A model generated the notes under the pieces. It searched no databases. It had not been told where the DNA came from and worked only from the letters and a program-made list of their open reading frames with translations. A stretch of DNA of 64,000 bases from Candidatus Poribacteria bacterium (GTDB lineage Bacteria > Poribacteria > WGA-4E > WGA-3G), in assembly GCA_965205025.1 (NCBI GenBank), contig CBDBFU010000015.1:413501-477500 (forward strand), read 5' to 3'. The first letter of the stretch is position 1. Every line of letters begins with the position of its first letter. The translations under genes and the position numbers were made by a program. This document shows, piece by piece, positions 1 through 10,788 of this stretch.

Positions 1-664
1 TGAATGTTGCTACATTATTATGAAGTTTCGAATTTAGTTCCTTATCGTCTGCACCAAAGAGTGATATTCCTACTAAATTGATAACCATTGGCGAATCGGG
101 ATTGATCACATCAAATGACAACGATGCGAGCGTGCCATCGCCACCTGAAAATGTGACCGTGCCATCTGAAGCAAGTGGCGCTGAACTCAACACAGTTATG
201 ACTTGAAACTTTAAATCAGACGGATCCACATCGGTGTCTACATCTGGCAATATTCCAATCAACGCGGGATCCGGTATTTTAAAAAAGAAATCTGATAATG
301 AAAGCGTCTGGGCGTCTTCACCTGGTCCAAAAGCAACAGACTGTCCCGTGGTTGTTGTTTTGTCGATGCTGAGTTGAAGTTCGTAGGTATCATTGTCCCC
401 CAACGCAGGACGAATAAAGATGCCATCGGGAGGCAGGTAATCTCCTTGTGTGGTGTCAACATATTTCAAGACAGTTGGATCATAGGCAACCAGTAGATTA
501 TAACCTGCGACTCCTTTCCCGTCTGCCAAGTGAATATCAACTTTTATTTTTGGTAAAGTCACGTTGGTATCATGTTTAAGAGATACCACCATTTCAGCAT
601 AACTCAGTGCTGTCCAGCCTAATAACAAGATGGTTGTCAATAAACCGCAAAATGTTTTTCTCAC
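1..664 (-). CDS. Secreted cohesin-like domain protein, 3' end beyond window
   Basis: Manual translation from GTG 664 (RBS AGGAG): signal peptide, then IKVDIHLADGKGVAGYNLLVAYDPTVLKY...GGDGTLASLSFDV; frame open to position 1. Confidence 0.7.
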   Translation of the reverse strand, partial: MRKTFCGLLTTILLLGWTALSYAEMVVSLKHDTNVTLPKIKVDIHLADGKGVAGYNLLVAYDPTVLKYVDTTQGDYLPPDGIFIRPALGDNDTYELQLSIDKTTTTGQSVAFGPGEDAQTLSLSDFFFKIPDPALIGILPDVDTDVDPSDLKFQVITVLSSAPLASDGTVTFSGGDGTLASLSFDVINPDSPMVINLVGISLFGADDKELNSKLHNNVATF

Positions 665-753
665 GATTATGTTCTCCTATGTTTGTACCGTAAACTTTCC
701 AGTTTGCGGTCTTTTCTGTAGAATGTTTTTCTCACGATTATGTTCTCCTATGT
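651..753. repeat. 32-bp direct repeat duplicating RBS and start codon (period 71)
   Basis: aatgtttttctcacgattatgttctcctatgt at 651 and 722. Confidence 0.9.
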
Positions 754-760
754 ATATGCA

Positions 761-855
761 CGGGTTTTGTGTCTCCCCGCAGGTGTTGAATCGTTTTTTG
801 TTCATTTTCACATGTGCCAGTTTTTTTTACACGCCACTGGCGGGGACGAGGTGTT
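761..855 (-). ncRNA. Candidate structured RNA, motif A (816-855) + motif B (761-786)
   Basis: Similar elements at 7050-7131 and 8337-8423 with compensatory stem changes. Confidence 0.6.
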
Positions 856-920
856 CAGATAGGCGTCTGGTCTATGGGTTAGGGGAAGAGGTATAGACCA
901 GACATAAGGACGTGCAACTT

Positions 921-1424
921 TTACCAACCTCTGCGTTTCTTGATGATGGCATGAATATCAGTGTGGCAGTCCTTACAGAGCGAGACAAGATCGGATAGCG
1001 GTTCTTTGCCAATGTTGTCATAGCGTTTGTGATGCACGACGGAGGCGTTGGCACCACATACACATAAGTATCCATCGCGTTCTAAGACAGTTATCCGTTT
1101 GGCACGCCATGTATCCGTTTCTATATATCGCGGATAATGCTTGTCCCAGTTTCTGCTGATAAGTTCGTGCCAGTTTATTTGTGTTCCTATCCCTTTCAAT
1201 ATATCTCGTCCATCCGATGTAAGCCTGTATTTCCCTCTGCTGACAAACTCTATCGCCTCCATATCGCGTAGCTGGGTTAACGTACATAAGACGGTGACAG
1301 TCGGTGTGCTGGCGTTGGGATATTTCTCTATCAAACGATCGAGGTATTTCCATATATCTTTTGATGTGAATTCCTCCTGATTTATTTCTAATATAATTTG
1401 TGCGACTTCGCTTTTCCAACTCAT
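921..1424 (-). CDS. DpnI-like winged helix + HNH endonuclease
   Basis: N-term W..EFT...YPN...LRD..IEF..RGKYR; C-term CVC..VHH.RY...LVSLCKDCH. Confidence 0.75.
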   Translation of the reverse strand: MSWKSEVAQIILEINQEEFTSKDIWKYLDRLIEKYPNASTPTVTVLCTLTQLRDMEAIEFVSRGKYRLTSDGRDILKGIGTQINWHELISRNWDKHYPRYIETDTWRAKRITVLERDGYLCVCGANASVVHHKRYDNIGKEPLSDLVSLCKDCHTDIHAIIKKRRGW

Positions 1425-1426
1425 TT

Positions 1427-1507
1427 TTAGTTATCGTCTGTTCCACATCCTAAAATTGTGATGGTAAGTATGCCAAAAATACTTGTGCCTAAAGTTCTCA
1501 TAAACAT
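1427..1507 (-). pseudogene. Orphan lipoprotein signal-peptide fragment (26 aa)
   Basis: MFMRTLGTSIFGILTITILGCGTDDN*, lipobox ILGC. Confidence 0.55.
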
Positions 1508-1528
1508 AATTTCTTCTTTCTTTGAGTA

Positions 1529-1611
1529 CGGGGGTTTTTTCGTCTCCCCGAAGGACGCCTTAGGAGGAGTAGATTGTTTTTTAGAGACCCCACACAATCT
1601 ACAAAGCGAGG
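1529..1611 (-). ncRNA. Candidate structured RNA, motif C (1569-1611) + motif B (1529-1557)
   Basis: GUAGAUUGU/ACAAUCUAC stem crossed by CCUCGC/GUGGGG, then CGUCCUUCGGGGAGACGAAAAAACCCCC. Confidence 0.6.
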
Positions 1612-1625
1612 AAGCGAAAGTACTA

Positions 1626-4600
1626 TTACTTTAGAATCAACATCCTGCGCGTGGCGGTGAACTCACCCGCAGTCAACATATAAAAATACAAACCACTTGC
1701 CACAGGTTCACCGTGTGCATTTCTGCCATCCCAATACGCAGCACGACTCGGACTATTATAAAAGCCTGCGGATTGAAAACCGAGCGAAAGGGTACGTATC
1801 AGTTTCCCCGAAGTATCATAAATGGAAATAGATACATGACTCTTTTCTGTGAGTTGATAAGGTATCCAGGTTTCGGGGTTGAACGGGTTCGGGTAGTTCT
1901 GCAACAACTTATTCTGTTGCGGTTTACCGATGCTATCAAACTTGACAGATAATAGTGCGTTTGCCAGGTTCTCAGGTGTCACTTTAATACTGCGGGTTTG
2001 TGATTCAACATTGCCTCCCGGACCTATGACGCGTAATTCAATCACGTCTCCAACTTTGACAACGCTCCGCCGCGCTAAGTCGGCAGTTGCAGCAGCAAAG
2101 TAATTACCTCGCACCGAGGCGGTTATCTTGCCGTTTGTTCTCAAGTTACGGACGATGACCTTGTAACCGTCAAACGTTGGTTTGCCTTCCAATTGTCCAC
2201 TTACCACGAATGCCCAGGCTTCTTGGACAACATCCCCTGTCAAGGGGGTAATGGCAGATGGTGCAGCAGAAGTCTCCGTTTGATTTGTCCATCGTGAGCC
2301 GACAAAGGCAAAATTGCGAGTCTGTGGGACATTGACAATGTACCCTTTTCCACCTTCAATAGCGAATCCATCGTTTGGTGCATCTGGTGTCCACCCGATG
2401 AACCGTTGTTTTTCAGCATCAAGTGCTATGACAATAGTCGCACCAGCTATCCCAGCAAGTGATTTTGCAGTCATCGGTTTCGGTGGTGCTAAAGGCACAG
2501 AAAGCATGTTTAAACCTTTCGTCAACGTGACGTTGAAGATGTTGCCAAACTGATCGCTTTCCTCCTTGGGAGTTGGTCTCGCGATAAATCCATGTCTGCG
2601 TCCATCCGATGAGTCATAGTGTCCGACAATGGAACCATCCTGATTGATATTCCACCCCTCCGTGCTGATGCTGCCGGGAAACCGCAACTCACGTAGGTTA
2701 AGGGGATTGCCGAAATAGGTGCGCGGGACATCTCCTATTGCTTTAGCTCTGCCAACGACGGTCCTTGACTCGTTGAGACCGTGTAGAAAAAAGTATTCCA
2801 GATTCAGTGCATCTGGAAGGTCAATATATAAGAACCTACCCGTCGGGCCACGCACAAATGCATGATATATGCCTTCAGCATCCGTGTGACTCCCCACGAT
2901 ACTGCCCGTCCAACTCACAAAATCGGCATAAGTTTCCGATGCCCCGGGGACCTCAACGATTGTGTCGCCTGAGAACCCGCGGCGAACACCTGAAGCATCT
3001 ATAAAATTACCCGTTAGGGCACCCGTTGCATCACTAATGCCGTATATCTCCGTTTGGACGGCATTCGGGAAATCGTATCGGGCGCAACTCACCGTTTTCT
3101 AAGACGACACCGTGGTACAAGCCATTGCTATCCTCATAGTGTCCCGCGACTGTCCCATCATTCCCCAACGCATAGAAGTAAGTGTTCTTTGAATCCGGGA
3201 AATCATGACGCGTAAAAACACCATCAATAAGCGTAAAGCCGACAGTTTTAGTGCCATCTTCACTTTTCGTGTTTCCTGCATAGTCTCCATAGTCACTGCT
3301 GGCGGTCAACGCTAAAAAATGGACACCCGGAACATCAATACTCTCATAAGTAAAGCCGATGGGTGTGCCAATGCGTCTATTACTGGTTCTTGTATCAGTG
3401 CTCTCTATGGGTCTTGCGATAAATCCGTATCTGCGGCCATCGGGTGTGTCATAGTGTCCGACGACGGATCCGTCCTGATTGATATTCCAACCCTCTGTGC
3501 CAACGCTATCCGGAACGCGCAATTCTTGTAGGTTGAGGGGGTTGCCGACATAAGTGCGTGGGACACCATCCACCGGTTTGGCGCGACCAACAGCAATCAG
3601 TGCATCGTTGAGACCGTGGAGGAAAAAGTAGTCCAACTCTCCTTTTAGTGGAAGGTCGAGTGTTGCCAAACTACCCCCTGGACCACGGAAGTATGCATGA
3701 TATGTCCCTGCAGCATCCACGTAGCTACCCACGGTATTACCTAACCCGCTCACAAAATCGGCATAAGTTGCCGATGCGCCGGGAAACTCAATGATTGTGT
3801 CGCCTGAGAACCCGCGGCGAACACCAGAAGCATCTACCATATTACCCGTTAGTCTCCCTGTGGAGTCACTATAACCGAAGATTTGGGTTTCGACTGCACC
3901 CGGAAAATCGTATTGGCGTAGTACTCCATCTTCTCCTAAGATGACACCGTGGTAGAGTCCATCGCTATCCTGGTAGTGTCCGGCGGCGACCCCATTGTTA
4001 CCGAGCGCGTAGAAATAAGTGCCTTGTGCCCCAGGGAAATCGTAGGTGGTAAAGACACCATCAATTAGCGTAAAACCAACCATTTTTTCGCCATCGGCAC
4101 TCGGGGTGTTGCCTGCGTAGTCCTCAAAGTCGCTACTCGCTGTCACGGCTAAAAACTCTACACCCGGCACCGCAATTGTCTCGAATGTATAGTTGACATT
4201 AGCGGGGGCAACGGGTTCTTCTACAACAGGTTCTTCGGTGTCCATTATAGGTCTGGCGACAAACCCGTATCTATGTCCATCCGCTGAGTCATAGTGCCCG
4301 ACGACCGAACCATCCTGATTAATATTCCACCCCTCCGTGCTAACGGCACCCGGGAACTGCAATTCATGTAAACCTTCGGCACCGCCGACATAAGTGCGCG
4401 GGACATCATCCACCGCTTTGGATCGAGCCACGATAACACCAGCATCGCTGATACCATGCAAAAATATGTATTCAAACTCTGGTGTGTCTGTAAAACGTTG
4501 TAGGTCTGCCCTATTTCTATAGTCCAAAGATAGAAACCTTTCATCCGAGGTCCGCACGTATCCCTCATATTTCCCTTCAGCATCTACGTAACTGCCAACG

Positions 4601-6969
4601 ATACTGCCGTGCTCATTCACAAAATCGGCATAAGTTTCCGCTGCTCCAGGGAATTCAACGATGATGTCGCCTGAGAACCCGCGGCGAACCCCGGAAGCAT
4701 CTATATAATTACCGGTCAATGCCCGGTCGCATCAGAAATGCCGTGTATGAACGTTTCAACGGCATCCGGGAAATCATATTGGCGCAACTCGCCATCTTCC
4801 AAGATGACACCGTGGTGCAGACCGTCGCTGTCCTCGTAGTATCCAGCAGCGATACCTGTATTACCCAGGGCATAGAAATAAGTGTTCTTTGCACCAGGGA
4901 AATGATATGTCGTAAACACCCCGTCAATGAGCGTAAAGCCGACTATATTTTCACCATCAGCACTTTTCGTGTAGCCAGCGTAATCCTCATGGTCACTACT
5001 CGCCGTCACCTGTAAAAAATCTATACCTGGAACATCAATACTCTCAAAAGTATAGCTTGCCCCGGCGAGGTCGAGTTCAATAGGTTCGTGGCTAACATGT
5101 GGAGCGGTGTCCGCATCGGGTCTGGCGATAAACCCGTGTCGTTTTCCATCCGCTGTGTCATAGTACCCAACGACAGAACCATCCTCATTGATATTCCAAC
5201 CCTCTGTGCTGACGCTGCCCGGGAACCGAAACTCATAGACACCGTGGCTCCCACCGACATAAGTGCGTGGCACATCATCCACACGTTTGATGCGGACAAC
5301 GTAAATCAATGCTTGATTGACACCGTGCGCAAAAAGATATTCTATATTTTCTGCATGTGGAAAGTTTAAAGATGTAATCCTGCCTGGGGAAATCATATAC
5401 ATGTGATAGATACCTTCACCGTCTACGTAGCTGCCCACGACGCGACCTGTAGCATTGACAAAATCTGCGTAGGTCTCAGATGCCCCGGGAATCTCAATGA
5501 TTGTCTCGCCTGAGAACCCGCGACGTACACCGGAAGTATCTATATAATTACCGGTCAATACACCGGTCGCATCAGAAATGCCGTGTATGAACGTTTCGAC
5601 GGCACCCGGAAAATCGTATTGGCGCAACTCACCGTCTTCCAAGATGACACCGTGATGCAGACCGTCGCTGTCCTCGTAATGTCCGGCAGCGATGCCTGTA
5701 TTACCCAGGGCATAGAAATAGGTGTTCTTTGCACCAGGGAAATGATATGTCGTAAACACCCCATCAATAAGCGTAAAGCCGACTATATTTTCACCATCAG
5801 CACTTCGGGCGTTGCCTGCGTAATCCTCAAGATCGTTACTCGCTGTCAACTCTAAAAAATCTACACCCGGAACTTCAATGCTCTCAAAAGTATAATTGAA
5901 GTCCGAACTCGCCGTCAGCTCTAAGAACGCTATACTCGGAATATCAGCATTCACAAAGGTATAATCGGAGTCAGCGTGTGTATCAACATGTTCATCGTCA
6001 ACAGGTGGAGTAGTATCGCCTTCAGGTCTGGCGATAAATCCGTATCTATGCCCATCTGCTGTGTCATAGTACCCGACGACGGAGTCGTCCTGATTGATAT
6101 TCCAACCCTCTGTGCTCACACTGCCCGGAAATTGCAATTCATGAAGCGTTGAGACCACCTGTTCCGCAGACAAGTCCTGATCGCTCGAAAACTGAAAATC
6201 CTCTAATCCTTGGATGAGTTTGCCGACATAAGTGCGCGGGACATCACCCAACGCTTTGTTTCGGACAATGTAACTCAATGTATCATTGAGACCGTGAAGA
6301 AAAAAGTACTCAAGAAATTCTGCCCCCGGAATCTTGACAAATGTAAACTTGCCGTTCGGATTATACACATAAGGATGGTATATTCCATCAACATCTACGT
6401 AGCTACCCACGACGGCACCTGACGCATTGACAAAATCGGCATAAGTCTCACGCGCTCCGGGCACCTCAATGATGGTCTCCCCAGTAAAGCCGCGACGAAT
6501 ACCAGAAGCATCTATAAAATTACCTGTCAATACCCCGGTCGCATCACTAATTCCGAGTATTTGCGTTTCAACGGCACCCGGATAATCGTATTGACGCAAC
6601 TCGCCATTTTCCAAGATGACACCATGGTATAGCCCCTCACTGTCTTCGTAGTGTCCTGCAGCGCGTCCATCATTACCAAGGGCGTAGAAGTAAGTGTTCT
6701 TTGCATCGGGGAAATGGTATGTTGTGAAAAACGCCATCAATGAGCGTAAAAGCGACATTTTTTTCGCCATCAGCACTTTTCGTGTAGCCAGCGTAGTCCT
6801 CAAAGTCGCTACTCGCTGTCAACGCTAAATAGTCTACACCGGGGACATCTATTGTCTCAAAAGTGTAGTTGGGGTCGCTGGATTCATCGTTAACTTGTGC
6901 TAAGGAATTGGCGCACATCAACAGTATAAATATGAAATACATAAAGCTAAGTTTCATTGGATTTCTCAT
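1626..6969 (-). CDS. Large secreted protein, five ~280-aa beta-propeller-like (HAF-like) units + FlgD-Ig/T9SS-like tail; split by 3 frameshifts (~1780 aa reconstructed)
   Basis: Four collinear ORFs match the intact paralog 22972-25671; shifts at ~6727-6731, ~4722-4724, ~3080-3082; tail LLQNYPNPFNPETWIPYQL. Confidence 0.85.
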
Positions 6970-7049
6970 GATGAAAGTCTCCCTAAATTATTTTGTTAAT
7001 TTCAAATATTCCTTTTTCCAATTCATTGCGTCCCTGATATTGTATAGTG

Positions 7050-7131
7050 CGGGGGGTTTTCGTCTCCCCGCAGGACGTTTCAGATAACCCTATGGCAGCT
7101 ATTTATGATACGCCACTACCGGGCGAAGTAT
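7050..7131 (-). ncRNA. Candidate structured RNA, motif A (7094-7131) + motif B (7050-7077)
   Basis: P1 AUAC/GUAU and P2 GGUAG/CUGCC versus ACAC/GUGU and GCCAG/CUGGC in other copies. Confidence 0.6.
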
Positions 7132-7138
7132 GAAAACC

Positions 7139-8311
7139 TTATTCAGTCGTAGTCGCGCCAGCAACAAATGTATGTGGCACTATTTGCCCATTTTCAATCT
7201 TCATAATACCAACACCTTTGACGGCATGGCGTTGTGCATCAAAATGAGAAATAAAGGTGGCTCCCATGTAGTTTTGCGTTGCAGCAATCGCGTCTCGGAC
7301 GATGACCGGATCAGTGGATTGTGTTGTCGCAATTGCCATCGCCAATAAGCGCACATTATCATACCCTGATGCAGCGACACCATCAGCCACTTCACCGAAC
7401 TTCGTTTGATAGGCTTGTATGAATTGTTTTGTGCTCGGATCTTCTGATGTTAGGTCAAGGTTGGTTGTATAGTAAGTGCCTTCAAGCGGCGTGTTATCCT
7501 GGAGAGTGCCGAACATATTTTCAGGGTCTTCCATACCATCACCCCCGATAAATATAGCTTCAATCTCCATCGCTCTGGCAGCTTCCATGATGCGCGGTAC
7601 TTCTGGGGCAAAACTGGCGAGGAATAGCACATCCGGATCGGCTGCTTTGATAGCGGTGAGTTGTTGTGTGAAATCCATCGCACCGGCTTGGTACAACTGT
7701 TCATCAGCGAGGGTGCCACCGAGTTTTTGAAATTCGGTATCAAAAGCATCAGCGATGCCTCTTGAATAGACATCTTGATCTTGCAATATTATCGCTGCGG
7801 TTGCTGCTTTGAGCTCCTCAACAGCGAAATTTGCCATCAACTCACCATGTAAAACATTGGAACCAGTCACAAGGAAAATAAAATCGTTGGTTTGGGTGAC
7901 ACGACGCGCATCGGCTGCACCGGCAAGCATCGGGACTTGAATATTCGGATCAATTTTTACCGCATGGCTGGAAAACACGGGACCGATGATACCCACGACT
8001 TTTTCAACTTCAACCAATTCCGTGAGGGTATCGGTAAGGGTGTCCGTGAGTTCATCTTTGTGGACGAGCTCCACTTGCATGCCGTTCACACCACCGGCAG
8101 CGTTGATGACATCTCGGGCGAGTTCCGCTCCTCTGGTGAAACTTGGATAATAGTTCGGGGGTTGAAGGATACCTACTTTCAATGTGGTATCTGTGGGTGT
8201 ATCCGTCATAGCTGACATCAGCACATTTTTCGTTTTGTCGCACCCGAACATAAATGTAACTGTGAACATAAATGTAATACTTAAAAGTAATCTCAAAACT
8301 ATCGTTCTCAT
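7139..8311 (-). CDS. Branched-chain amino-acid type ABC substrate-binding lipoprotein (LivK/LivJ family)
   Basis: Lipobox MFGC; INAAGGVNG, IIGP.FS, DFTQQLTAIKAADPD. Confidence 0.9.
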   Translation of the reverse strand: MRTIVLRLLLSITFMFTVTFMFGCDKTKNVLMSAMTDTPTDTTLKVGILQPPNYYPSFTRGAELARDVINAAGGVNGMQVELVHKDELTDTLTDTLTELVEVEKVVGIIGPVFSSHAVKIDPNIQVPMLAGAADARRVTQTNDFIFLVTGSNVLHGELMANFAVEELKAATAAIILQDQDVYSRGIADAFDTEFQKLGGTLADEQLYQAGAMDFTQQLTAIKAADPDVLFLASFAPEVPRIMEAARAMEIEAIFIGGDGMEDPENMFGTLQDNTPLEGTYYTTNLDLTSEDPSTKQFIQAYQTKFGEVADGVAASGYDNVRLLAMAIATTQSTDPVIVRDAIAATQNYMGATFISHFDAQRHAVKGVGIMKIENGQIVPHTFVAGATTTE

Positions 8312-8336
8312 TGATTGTCTCCTTTTATTTTTAGTG

Positions 8337-8423
8337 TGGGGATTTTGCGTCTCCCCGCAGAACGTGGTAGTAGTATATAAGCCAGTGATTTTGTATACAC
8401 GCGACTGGCAGCGGCGAGGTGTT
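8337..8423 (-). ncRNA. Candidate structured RNA, motif A (8381-8423) + motif B (8337-8364)
   Basis: Third A+B copy, ending ~12 nt before the RBS of gene 8311. Confidence 0.6.
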
Positions 8424-8485
8424 ATGGCTTTACGACAATATTGACAGCGTATAAGTTGTCTCTCTATTTTCGCTCAACAAATGCA

Positions 8486-9103
8486 TCATTTATCATTGTT
8501 TGGTAATAATTGTAATTTGAGTAGCAACCATTTTGCACACCATGGATCGAAGATATTACCATCTACTGATGCTTTTTCAGCATCAGAAAGTAGCCGCTGT
8601 GCCTCTTCGTTAGTTAGTGTCACTGCTTTGTGTATTGGAAGCCCAGTAATGTTTTCAATAGCGTCTATATAGTAAACATGGTAAGGAAACATATTATCTC
8701 TTAGATATGTTTCTTCCAATGTGTAATCCGCTCCATCCCCACCTGATTCTCCACAGGGACTGCGAAGTGTCAACAACATACCACGAAGCACTGGAAGACA
8801 GGATTCTAACTTTAGGTGTCCTGCGACTAAAACTGCTGGAGTAGAATAATCCTGGATAAAAATAGCAATTTCCTTTTCAATTTCCATTTTATTCCTTTCA
8901 AGCCATATCAACTCCTGATCACTAAAATTTCTATCAACAGGATCAACCGTCCAATCATAATATGCTAACTTTCTTGCTATCCGAAAACCAATTACCTCAT
9001 CAGACAATGTAGTTTTTTCTGAGGGCACCATGCAACCACCCAGCAACAAACAAACAAGTGCGTAACTTATTGCGATACAAATAATCAATCTTGATATTTT
9101 CAT
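8486..9103 (-). CDS. Hypothetical lipoprotein
   Basis: Start MKISRL after AAGGA; lipobox LGGC. Confidence 0.65.
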   Translation of the reverse strand: MKISRLIICIAISYALVCLLLGGCMVPSEKTTLSDEVIGFRIARKLAYYDWTVDPVDRNFSDQELIWLERNKMEIEKEIAIFIQDYSTPAVLVAGHLKLESCLPVLRGMLLTLRSPCGESGGDGADYTLEETYLRDNMFPYHVYYIDAIENITGLPIHKAVTLTNEEAQRLLSDAEKASVDGNIFDPWCAKWLLLKLQLLPNNDK

Positions 9104-9116
9104 AGAGTATTCCTTT

Positions 9117-9617
9117 TTAATTGTTTGTTGGTTCACGGAACACTGATAACAGGATGTCATCCGTTTCCGCCCCGTGTTCCTCTGCAAGTTGCTCAATTGA
9201 CATTTCGGGGTCGCTGACTGTATAACCGTCATTGCCAAGTCGTTTCACAAGGGTGTCCACGTCCAGGTCAACAATCGGTGCCATTCGCGTAATAGACGTT
9301 TGCTCCATTTTCTCCATTATCAATTCTTCAGGTTCGCCTTGACTGAAAATGGCAGTTCTTGCGACCAGTCCGACACCTATCAACCACGCCACTGTGATGA
9401 TAATCACACTGCGCTGAGAGAAATACTTTTTGAAGGGTCTCCAATTCGTGTAGATGTGAAGCACAATTGCAACTGAAAATCCGAGACCAACGATCTCATG
9501 TGCAGACAGGAAAGGTTGTTCCGTAGTAAAGAACATAAGCAGTCCTGTCATCGCTGAAATAATACCTGCCCCTATAATGAGAGGCGTAGCAAATCGTCTA
9601 ATGTTTAGTTTTTTCAT
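9117..9617 (-). CDS. DUF4405-like membrane protein
   Basis: TGLLMFF...HEIVGL...LHIYTNWRPF, three TM segments with conserved His. Confidence 0.75.
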   Translation of the reverse strand: MKKLNIRRFATPLIIGAGIISAMTGLLMFFTTEQPFLSAHEIVGLGFSVAIVLHIYTNWRPFKKYFSQRSVIIITVAWLIGVGLVARTAIFSQGEPEELIMEKMEQTSITRMAPIVDLDVDTLVKRLGNDGYTVSDPEMSIEQLAEEHGAETDDILLSVFREPTNN

Positions 9618-9653
9618 GTTTATCACCATATCTATCAGATTACTAATGAAGTT

Positions 9654-9686
9654 GAATCGGTTACAATATCCTGTTATAACCGATTC
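9654..9686. terminator. Intergenic hairpin
   Basis: gaatcggtta...taaccgattc inverted repeat. Confidence 0.5.
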
Positions 9687-9707
9687 GCCTTTAGGTTGTG
9701 TATAACA

Positions 9708-10763
9708 CTACTGCCCTATATCAGGAGCGATACCGGGCGAACCAATATCGTTTTTATTTCCGTAGTATGTGCGTTGTTTTTCTGTTAGATTTGCCTTTGT
9801 AGCAGGGATCCAACTCTCTTTTTTGGTGCCATCAAGTGCGACACCTTTGCTGTAAAGGCGCATCACAGAAATACGGTGTCCATCACGGCTCAAACCTCTG
9901 TGTCCGAGATCGAACTGCCAGAGCCGAGTCTCTCCATCAAAGTTGCCAGCTTTGTCCACCACATTCCCTTCACTATTTATCAGTTTTATAGAGAATGCTT
10001 CTACGCTGAGCATAGAACCCCACAGACCCAACGATGAATCGCTATCCCAATAAAGGTCGTAAACCTTGTGTTCAGGAATGGCTTGGTGCTCGTCATCAGA
10101 TGCTGCCCCTGATGAAATAATCAGAACAGTCTCATACGGGTACACCGTGGGGACATCATTATGGAGATTATCCTCAAAGGTGATTTCCACTGTTGCATTT
10201 TCTGAATCGGTTAAATCTGGCGTGTTTTGATTTTCAATAAGCACTGTCCACCCCCTAAGACTGATTGGCTTACTACCAGAATTGTATAATTCTATCCATT
10301 GCGGTGGTGAAAACGATTTTTCCGCTGCATACATGATTTCACTAATAGAGAGGGTGCCTGGTGTTCCTATCATCATTGGCGGTTCAGGTTCATCATCCAC
10401 ATTGGTATTAGATGGTCCCGTAACAGCAGTCTCAGGCGTGTCATCTGTCGGTGCAGCAACACTTCTACCGAAAGCACCTGCCACCAAGACAAGATCCAGG
10501 ATATTGACAACCCCATCATCGTTCACATCTGCATCATTCTCTCCGCGCTCTCCAAAACTTGATGCAACTAACACAAGGTCTAATATATTTATAGTCCCAT
10601 CGTCATTGAGATCCAGTTTTGGGTCTGCTTCCTCCTGGATAACTTCTTCTTGGATAGCTTCAGATGTGTCCTGAGCGTAACAAACACCTAACAGTCCACA
10701 TATTAACAACAATACTGCGAAAATAGACAGTATTCTATTTGCATTTACAACTTTCATTTTCAT
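9708..10763 (-). CDS. Secreted dockerin + lamin-tail-domain protein
   Basis: DLNDDGTINILDLVLV and DVNDDGVVNILDLVLV; ISEIMY...QWIELYN...GSPG. Confidence 0.85.
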   Translation of the reverse strand: MKMKVVNANRILSIFAVLLLICGLLGVCYAQDTSEAIQEEVIQEEADPKLDLNDDGTINILDLVLVASSFGERGENDADVNDDGVVNILDLVLVAGAFGRSVAAPTDDTPETAVTGPSNTNVDDEPEPPMMIGTPGTLSISEIMYAAEKSFSPPQWIELYNSGSKPISLRGWTVLIENQNTPDLTDSENATVEITFEDNLHNDVPTVYPYETVLIISSGAASDDEHQAIPEHKVYDLYWDSDSSLGLWGSMLSVEAFSIKLINSEGNVVDKAGNFDGETRLWQFDLGHRGLSRDGHRISVMRLYSKGVALDGTKKESWIPATKANLTEKQRTYYGNKNDIGSPGIAPDIGQ

Positions 10764-10788
10764 ACAAAACTCCTTTTGATTGTTTGTT

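Noticed and set aside
1018-1446. 142-aa ORF overlapping the HNH gene
   Set aside because: Alternative frame without recognisable features
761-8423. Motif A as an HDV-like ribozyme, or a ZTP, guanidine-III, cobalamin or SAM/SAH riboswitch
   Set aside because: Only short word matches (GCGAA, GACUGGC, GACGAGGUG, GCCACUGG, UGGCGUG); required stems or cores are missing or on the wrong strand
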